A DNA stretch of 44,797 nucleotides from assembly GCA_019358935.1 (NCBI GenBank), contig JAHHIK010000068.1, forward strand, positions 1 through 44,797, given 5' to 3'. Source of the DNA: Tolypothrix carrinoi HA7290-LM1 (lineage in GTDB: Bacteria > Cyanobacteriota > Cyanobacteriia > Cyanobacteriales > Nostocaceae). This document shows, piece by piece, positions 39,539 to 44,797 of this stretch (its first letter is position 1; the number at the start of each line of letters is the position of its first letter). The position numbers and the translations under genes are program-made. The notes under the pieces were generated by a model. The model saw nothing but the letters and a program-made list of their open reading frames with translations, had not been told where the DNA came from and made no database searches.

Positions 39539-42500
39539 ATGAAAATATTACTTGTGGAGGATGACGAGTTTGTTGCTGAGGCTCTCGTCGCTGTTCTTAA
39601 TAACCAAAACTATGTAGTAGAAACTGCCCCCGATGGTGAAACAGCTTGGGATTTAGTGGAAATATTTGATTATGACTTAATACTTTTAGATGTCATCCTC
39701 CCGAAGTTAGATGGTATTAGTCTTTGCCGTAAAATAAGACTTCATGGTTTGCAAATGCCAATCATGTTGTTGACTGGGTGCGATAGCAGTCACGAGAAGG
39801 CTACAGGATTAGATGCAGGCGCCGATGACTATCTGGTTAAACCGTTCGATCAAGAGGAATTAATTGCACGGGTGCGAGCGCTGTTGCGTCGGGGTGTTAT
39901 TCCGTCACAACCTGTGTTGGAATGGAATAATTTACGGCTCGATCCGACAAGTTGTGAAGTCACTTATGGCGAACAACCGCTATCATTAACTCCGAAAGAA
40001 TATGCGTTGCTAGAACTTTTTTTGCGAAACAGTCACCGCGTATTTAGCTGCGGCATGATTTTAGAACATCTTTGGTCTTATAATGACGCTCCAGGTGAAG
40101 AAGCTGTTCGCACTCATATTAAAGGGTTGCGAACGAAGCTTAGAAGCGTCGGGGCACCAGGAAATCTGGTTGAAACAGTTTATGGAATTGGCTATCGTCT
40201 GAAGCTAGCGAAAGAGGACAGGGGGACAGGGGGACAGGGGGACAGGGGGACAGGGGGACAAGGGGGACAAGGAGGACAAGGGGGAGAAGGGGGACAAGGA
40301 GGAAAAATTTCTCCCTTGTCTTGCCCCTCTCCCCCATCCCCCCATCCCCCCCTCTCCCCATCCCCCCATTCCCCCCATCTCCCCCTCTCCCCATCCCCCC
40401 ATCCCCCCCTCTCCCACTCCCCCACTTCTTCATCACCGACTCCAAAGCAGACATTATTAGCGATCGCCTCAGTTTGGAACCGATTTAAAGGACGAATAGG
40501 TGAACAGGTGACTTTGTTGGAGGAAGCTGCTGCTGCTTATAGTGACAATGCTTTGAATCAAGAACTTCGCAAACAAGCATTTCAAGAAGCTCATACTTTA
40601 GCAGGATCGTTAGGTACTTTTGGCTTTCCTCTAGGCTCAAAGTTGGCACGAAAAATTGAGCATCTACTGAAAACTGATAAAATTTTGACTAAAGCCCAAA
40701 CGACGCAGTTTCAAAGTTGGGTAGAGCTATTGCGTCAGGAAATTGAGCGAAATCAGGATGAGACTGTTTCCTCTTCACTTCCTCTAGATGAATACCCAAT
40801 GCTTTTGGTAGTCGATCGCGATCGCTCGCTCGCTTCCCAACTTGCAATTGATGCAAACTCAAATTTCCAAGTGGCGATCGCAACCGATATTCAAACCGCC
40901 ATCCAGAAATTGTACCAAGAACATCCCAGCGCAGTACTATTAGATCCGAGCGTTTCCCCACTTGAATCCGACAGCTTGCGCTTACTTTGGGAGTTGAAAG
41001 ACCGCAAACCACCAGTCAGCGTGATAGTATTTACCGAACAAAGCGATTTTAGCCATCGATTGCAAGTTGCTCGCCACGGAGGACACACATTTTTACAAAA
41101 ACCCTTACCCATTGCACAGATAATACAAGCAGTGACACAAGTATTGCAACATGCACCCGATGCAGAAGCTCATGTTTTAGCTGTAGACGACGATGCGAAA
41201 ATAGGTGCGCTGTTGCAAGTATTGCTGACTCCTTGGGGAATCAAGGTGACAACCCTCAACGATCCGCAACGTTTTTGGGAAACTCTGGAATCTGTAAAAC
41301 CAGATTTTCTGATTTTGGATGTGGAAATGCCGGATGTCAATGGTATGGAGATTTGCCAGGTAGTACGCAACGATCCGCGTTGGAGTGAATTGCCGATTTT
41401 ATTTTTGACAGTTCATAACGATGCTAATATTATTAATCAGGTGTTTGCAGTCGGTGCAGATGACTTTGTAAGCAAGCCAATCGTCGGACCAGAACTTGTC
41501 ACTCGCATTATCAATCGTCTGGAAAGGATTAAATTACGGCAGCGTCTTGCCCAAACTCAACAAGCTGAAGCTGCTGCTAGCAAAAATGATATAACCCGCA
41601 TTCGCCAACAAACAACAGTTGCTCAGTTGGCTCAGTCAGCTCTTTCTGGCAAAGATTTTTCTAGCTTGATGAATGAAGCTGTGGAGATTATAGCACAAAA
41701 TCTGGAAGTAGAATACAGTAATATTTCGGAACTTATGCCAAAAGAAAACACCTGGGTGCTGCGCTCTGGGGTGGGCTGGGATGCGGAATTAATCGGGCAA
41801 GAAATAATCAATTTAGACGCGGTTGTACTCTCTCCTGTGATTATTGAAGATTTACAAACATCTGAGAGTAATTCCTTTTTGCAGCAACATCAAGTTAAGA
41901 GCGGCTTAAGTGTACCAATTTGCACACAGAATCGAATTTATGGCGTTTTAGGAGCTTATACGCGCAAAAAACGGACTTTCAGTTTAGATGATATGAATTT
42001 TGTCCAAGCGATCGCAAATGTCTTGTCAGCGGCACTTGAGCGGCAGCAAACTGAGCAAGCTTTACGTAAAGGTAAGGACGAATTGGAATTAAGCGTAGCA
42101 GAACGCACAGCAGAATTAATTAGAATTAATCAACAACTTCAGTTAGAACTTAACGAGCGTCAACGCACACAAGAAGCATTGCGAAACTCTCAAAGTCGAT
42201 TTGCGGGAATTGTAGAAATCGCCGATGATGCAATTATTTCGATTGATAGCAGCCAACGCATAACCTTATTTAACCAAGGGGCAGAAAAAATTTTCGGCTA
42301 CACCGCAGCCGAAGTGCTAGGACAGCCTTTGGATTTACTGTTACCGTTGCGATATATTAAAACACATCGTCAGCATGTAAGTGAATTTGGCAACTCGACA
42401 AAAGTCGCTCGTCGCATGGGAGAACGTCGTGAGATTTATGGTTGTCGCAAAGATGGTAGTGAATTTCCGGCAGAAGCTTCGATTTCTAAGTTAAAGCTGG

Positions 42501-43504
42501 GGGAAGAAACAGTATATACCGTTTACTTGCAAGATATAAGCGATCGCAAGCAAGTTGAACGCATGAAAGATGAGTTTGTCTCCGTCACCAGTCACGAACT
42601 TCGCACACCCCTAACTTCAATTCACGGCTCATTAAAAATGCTGGCAAGCGATCTAATTAAGTCAGATTCTCAACAAGGAAAACGTCTGCTAGAAATAGCT
42701 GTCAATAGTAGCGAGCGTTTGGTGCGCTTAGTCAACGACATTCTTGACATCGAGCGCATCGAGTCGGGCAAAGTGAAGATGGAAAAACAAACCTGCAACA
42801 TTGCCGACTTAATCGCACAAGCAGTAAATGTAATTCAGCCGCTTGCCGAGGCAGCCAATGTTACTTTATCTGTTTCTAGCTTATCACTTCTTCTCTGGGT
42901 AGATGGCGATCGCATCGTCCAAACCCTAACTAACCTACTAAGTAACGCCATTAAATTTTCCAACCTCGGTGCAACTATCCAACTTAGCGCTGAGTTGAGA
43001 AATGGACAAGGAGGACTCCTTGGAGACAAGGGCGACGGGCGTGGGGGACAAGGAGGACAAGGAGGACAAGGAGGACAATTTGGAAGAATTTCTCTCTTGT
43101 CTTCCCCCTCTCCCTTGTCCCCCTTATCTTCCCCCTCTCCCTTGTCCACGGACACGTTCCTTACTCCTCCACCCCCGCACGGAAGTGTCCTCCCCTTGTC
43201 TCCCCCCTCTCCCCCCTCTCCCCCTCTCCCCCTCTCCCCATCCCATCTCCTCATCTGTGTGAAAGATACTGGACGCGGCATTCCTCCTGATAAACTTGAA
43301 AGTATATTTGAGCGCTTTCAACAGGTAGACTCTTCAGATTCTCGCAACTATGATGGCACTGGTTTGGGCTTGGCAATTTGCAAAAGCATTGTGCAACAGC
43401 ATGGTGGATGTATTTGGGCGGAAAGTGTGCTGGGTGAAGGTAGTAATTTTTACTTAGCTTTGCCTGTAGTTCAGTCCCAAGATTCTGAATTACTATTTTA
43501 TTAA
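39539..43504 (+). CDS. RcaC-like multidomain regulator fused to a sensor kinase: REC-OmpR wHTH-HPt-REC-REC-GAF-PAS-HisKA-HATPase
   Basis: MKILLVEDD..LLDV, VETVYGIGYRL, AHTLAGSLG, LAVDDD..ILDVEMP, GAF (YGVLGAY), PAS (FNQGAEKIFGY), SHELRTPL, NLLSNAIKF, DTGRGI and GTGLGL. ATG at 39539 preferred. Confidence 0.93.
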   Translation: MKILLVEDDEFVAEALVAVLNNQNYVVETAPDGETAWDLVEIFDYDLILLDVILPKLDGISLCRKIRLHGLQMPIMLLTGCDSSHEKATGLDAGADDYLVKPFDQEELIARVRALLRRGVIPSQPVLEWNNLRLDPTSCEVTYGEQPLSLTPKEYALLELFLRNSHRVFSCGMILEHLWSYNDAPGEEAVRTHIKGLRTKLRSVGAPGNLVETVYGIGYRLKLAKEDRGTGGQGDRGTGGQGGQGGQGGEGGQGGKISPLSCPSPPSPHPPLSPSPHSPHLPLSPSPHPPLSHSPTSSSPTPKQTLLAIASVWNRFKGRIGEQVTLLEEAAAAYSDNALNQELRKQAFQEAHTLAGSLGTFGFPLGSKLARKIEHLLKTDKILTKAQTTQFQSWVELLRQEIERNQDETVSSSLPLDEYPMLLVVDRDRSLASQLAIDANSNFQVAIATDIQTAIQKLYQEHPSAVLLDPSVSPLESDSLRLLWELKDRKPPVSVIVFTEQSDFSHRLQVARHGGHTFLQKPLPIAQIIQAVTQVLQHAPDAEAHVLAVDDDAKIGALLQVLLTPWGIKVTTLNDPQRFWETLESVKPDFLILDVEMPDVNGMEICQVVRNDPRWSELPILFLTVHNDANIINQVFAVGADDFVSKPIVGPELVTRIINRLERIKLRQRLAQTQQAEAAASKNDITRIRQQTTVAQLAQSALSGKDFSSLMNEAVEIIAQNLEVEYSNISELMPKENTWVLRSGVGWDAELIGQEIINLDAVVLSPVIIEDLQTSESNSFLQQHQVKSGLSVPICTQNRIYGVLGAYTRKKRTFSLDDMNFVQAIANVLSAALERQQTEQALRKGKDELELSVAERTAELIRINQQLQLELNERQRTQEALRNSQSRFAGIVEIADDAIISIDSSQRITLFNQGAEKIFGYTAAEVLGQPLDLLLPLRYIKTHRQHVSEFGNSTKVARRMGERREIYGCRKDGSEFPAEASISKLKLGEETVYTVYLQDISDRKQVERMKDEFVSVTSHELRTPLTSIHGSLKMLASDLIKSDSQQGKRLLEIAVNSSERLVRLVNDILDIERIESGKVKMEKQTCNIADLIAQAVNVIQPLAEAANVTLSVSSLSLLLWVDGDRIVQTLTNLLSNAIKFSNLGATIQLSAELRNGQGGLLGDKGDGRGGQGGQGGQGGQFGRISLLSSPSPLSPLSSPSPLSTDTFLTPPPPHGSVLPLSPPSPPSPPLPLSPSHLLICVKDTGRGIPPDKLESIFERFQQVDSSDSRNYDGTGLGLAICKSIVQQHGGCIWAESVLGEGSNFYLALPVVQSQDSELLFY
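43148..43192 (-). mobile_element. 45-bp GAGGACAC...GTGTCCGT mini-element inserted in frame within an STRR tract inside the HATPase domain
   Basis: Same termini as element B at 38599/38736; adds TDTFLTPPPPHGSVL. Confidence 0.7.
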
Positions 43505-43562
43505 CCAAAGAATACTTATAACAATTTTAGATAAAGGTGCAAAAAAAACAGACAAAGATGTA

Positions 43563-43693
43563 ATATCAAGTTCGGTTAATCACTTTATATATTGGGAACG
43601 CGGTAACATGAAAAAACCATTACCAATTAGCAATTACCCCCGATCCCATTACCGACCTCACTAATAATATAAGTGTTCAAATGAACCTGATGT
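43563..43693. mobile_element. 131-bp MITE-like element with imperfect ~23-bp terminal inverted repeats
   Basis: Left end ATATCAAGTTCGGTTAATCACTT versus right-end reverse complement ACATCAGGTTCATTTGAACACTT; internal STRR-like CCATTAC units. Confidence 0.6.
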
Positions 43694-43728
43694 AAATAAT
43701 TTCCGAGTGCTTTGGAGTAAAAATATTA

Positions 43729-44109
43729 ATGGGAACAAAGTGTATTCTGGTAGTTGATAATGAAGAGTACATCCAAGAAGTTGCTAAGATTTGCTTAGAA
43801 ACTGTAGCAGGCTGGGAAGTACTGACAGCAGGTTCCGGATTGGAAGGTATAAAAAAAGCCGAGATTTACCAACCTGATGCAATTCTTTTAGATGTAATGA
43901 TGCCAGAAATGGATGGTATGACTACCTTTAGCAAACTACAGGCGAATCCGGCGACTCAAGCAATCCCGGTAATTTTTTTAACAGCAAAGATCCAAACTTC
44001 TGACAGGCGCCGCTATGCTCAAATGGGTATGCCGAGCGCGATCGCTAAACCCTTTAATCCTCTAGAATTAGCACGACAAATCGCCAATGCTCTAGGCTGG
44101 AGTATATGA
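43729..44109 (+). CDS. Single-domain response regulator
   Basis: ILVVDNE, ILLDVMMPEMDG, FLTA and AKPF motifs. Confidence 0.93.
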   Translation: MGTKCILVVDNEEYIQEVAKICLETVAGWEVLTAGSGLEGIKKAEIYQPDAILLDVMMPEMDGMTTFSKLQANPATQAIPVIFLTAKIQTSDRRRYAQMGMPSAIAKPFNPLELARQIANALGWSI

Positions 44110-44680
44110 AATGCGGAGGCGCTCGGTCAGTCCCTGCTTCTCTACAAAGCCACACACGCAGTTTTCCACCAGAAGCGACAGCAAACTCAGAGCGCAACTT
44201 GCGCTCTTATGGGATAACCAAACCGAGCGCAGGCAACATCAACATTGCCATCAGTACAGACCATTAACTCACGAATGTGACTGGTTTGTTGGCGATACTG
44301 CTCCCAATCAGGCAGCACAGTCAAGGAGTGAAGCAATGTTTCCAATAACGCCATCACGAAGGAGCCAACCTCAGAATCAGGGATGATAAACTCATGCTTT
44401 TCAAACTTCGCAAAAAGCTTTGTGGGTCGGCGGTAATACAGCACGCGAGTATAACCAGGACGTGAGTATTCGCTATCTGGAACGAGCAACTGACCTCGAA
44501 TCTTGATCCCATGCTCAAAAATCAGCTTTTCAATCAGAGCGATCGCTCTTCTTAGCACAGGATTTTCCTGGAAACGTTTTTCAGTCCAAGGGAGTCCCAT
44601 CTCAAGAGCCAGCCAGTGTTCGTAAGTAGGTGCTGAGCCAATGGGGTCTTCACCATTAGCGAAGAAGACAACACCTAAAA
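44110..44680 (-). pseudogene. Sucrase/ferredoxin-like family pseudogene (no start, frameshifted, 3'-truncated)
   Basis: In frame upstream of the ORF ATG: ANGEDPIGSAPTYEHWLALEMGLPW; then LMVCTDGNVDVACARFGYPI. Homology continues in another frame (KLRSEF..KLRVWLC) and then stops. Confidence 0.75.
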
Positions 44681-44684
44681 GCTA

Positions 44685-44797
44685 GCGGAAGCGTGGTAGC
44701 CCCGTATTTTTAAATCGGGGCGGAAACGCGACACGGCTCGTTTTAACGAGCGTCATTTGTAATGATGTGGGTCATTGATATATTTTTCAATCACAGC
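44685..44797 (+). mobile_element. Probable left end of an IS200/IS605-type element extending beyond the window
   Basis: AAGCGTGGTAGCCCCG-loop-CGGGGCGGAAACGCGACACG followed by hairpin GCTCGTT-TT-AACGAGC, a pattern recalled from cyanobacterial tnpA/tnpB left ends. It lies where the pseudogene 5' end is lost. Confidence 0.5.

Overview
Chromosomal window from a filamentous, probably heterocyst-forming cyanobacterium (Nostocales-like). This is inferred from frequent HIP1 GCGATCGC octamers, heptamer STRR arrays and a cyanobacterial-type smc plus PRC-barrel pair. Left end: the 3' end of an IS5-family element inserted into a tnpB gene that keeps its right-end hairpin. The main block (about 2-25.4 kb) is two convergent gene sets. 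On + are two filamentous-haemagglutinin-type TpsA exoproteins, an intercalated nucleotidyltransferase fusion, a TpsB (ShlB/FhaC) transporter and a TPR-CHAT caspase-like protease. On - are a TPR-DUF928 protein, a membrane FeS/forkhead-associated/cNMP protein, a forkhead-associated FAD/NAD(P) reductase-2Fe2S fusion, a lipoprotein Cu/Zn SOD, a small membrane protein and a CHASE2 Ser/Thr kinase. A ParE-type TA pair and a HAMP adenylate cyclase follow. This locus is the best candidate for an undescribed system: surface sensing coupled to proteolysis and phospho-regulated redox chemistry, which is inference only. The right half holds a GT-like gene, an HsdR_N-like nuclease, a 21-bp tandem array, smc, a PRC-barrel gene, a PEP-CTERM protein, a cyanovirin-N homologue, a nuclease-like TPR protein, two pseudogenes, and a 1.3-kaa RcaC-like response regulator/histidine kinase fusion with a partner response regulator. 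A second notable signal is a family of about 45-bp structured mini-elements. They insert without target duplication into each other (up to four-level nesting), into STRR arrays and in frame into a kinase gene. All family assignments are from motif recognition by eye; no database search was run.
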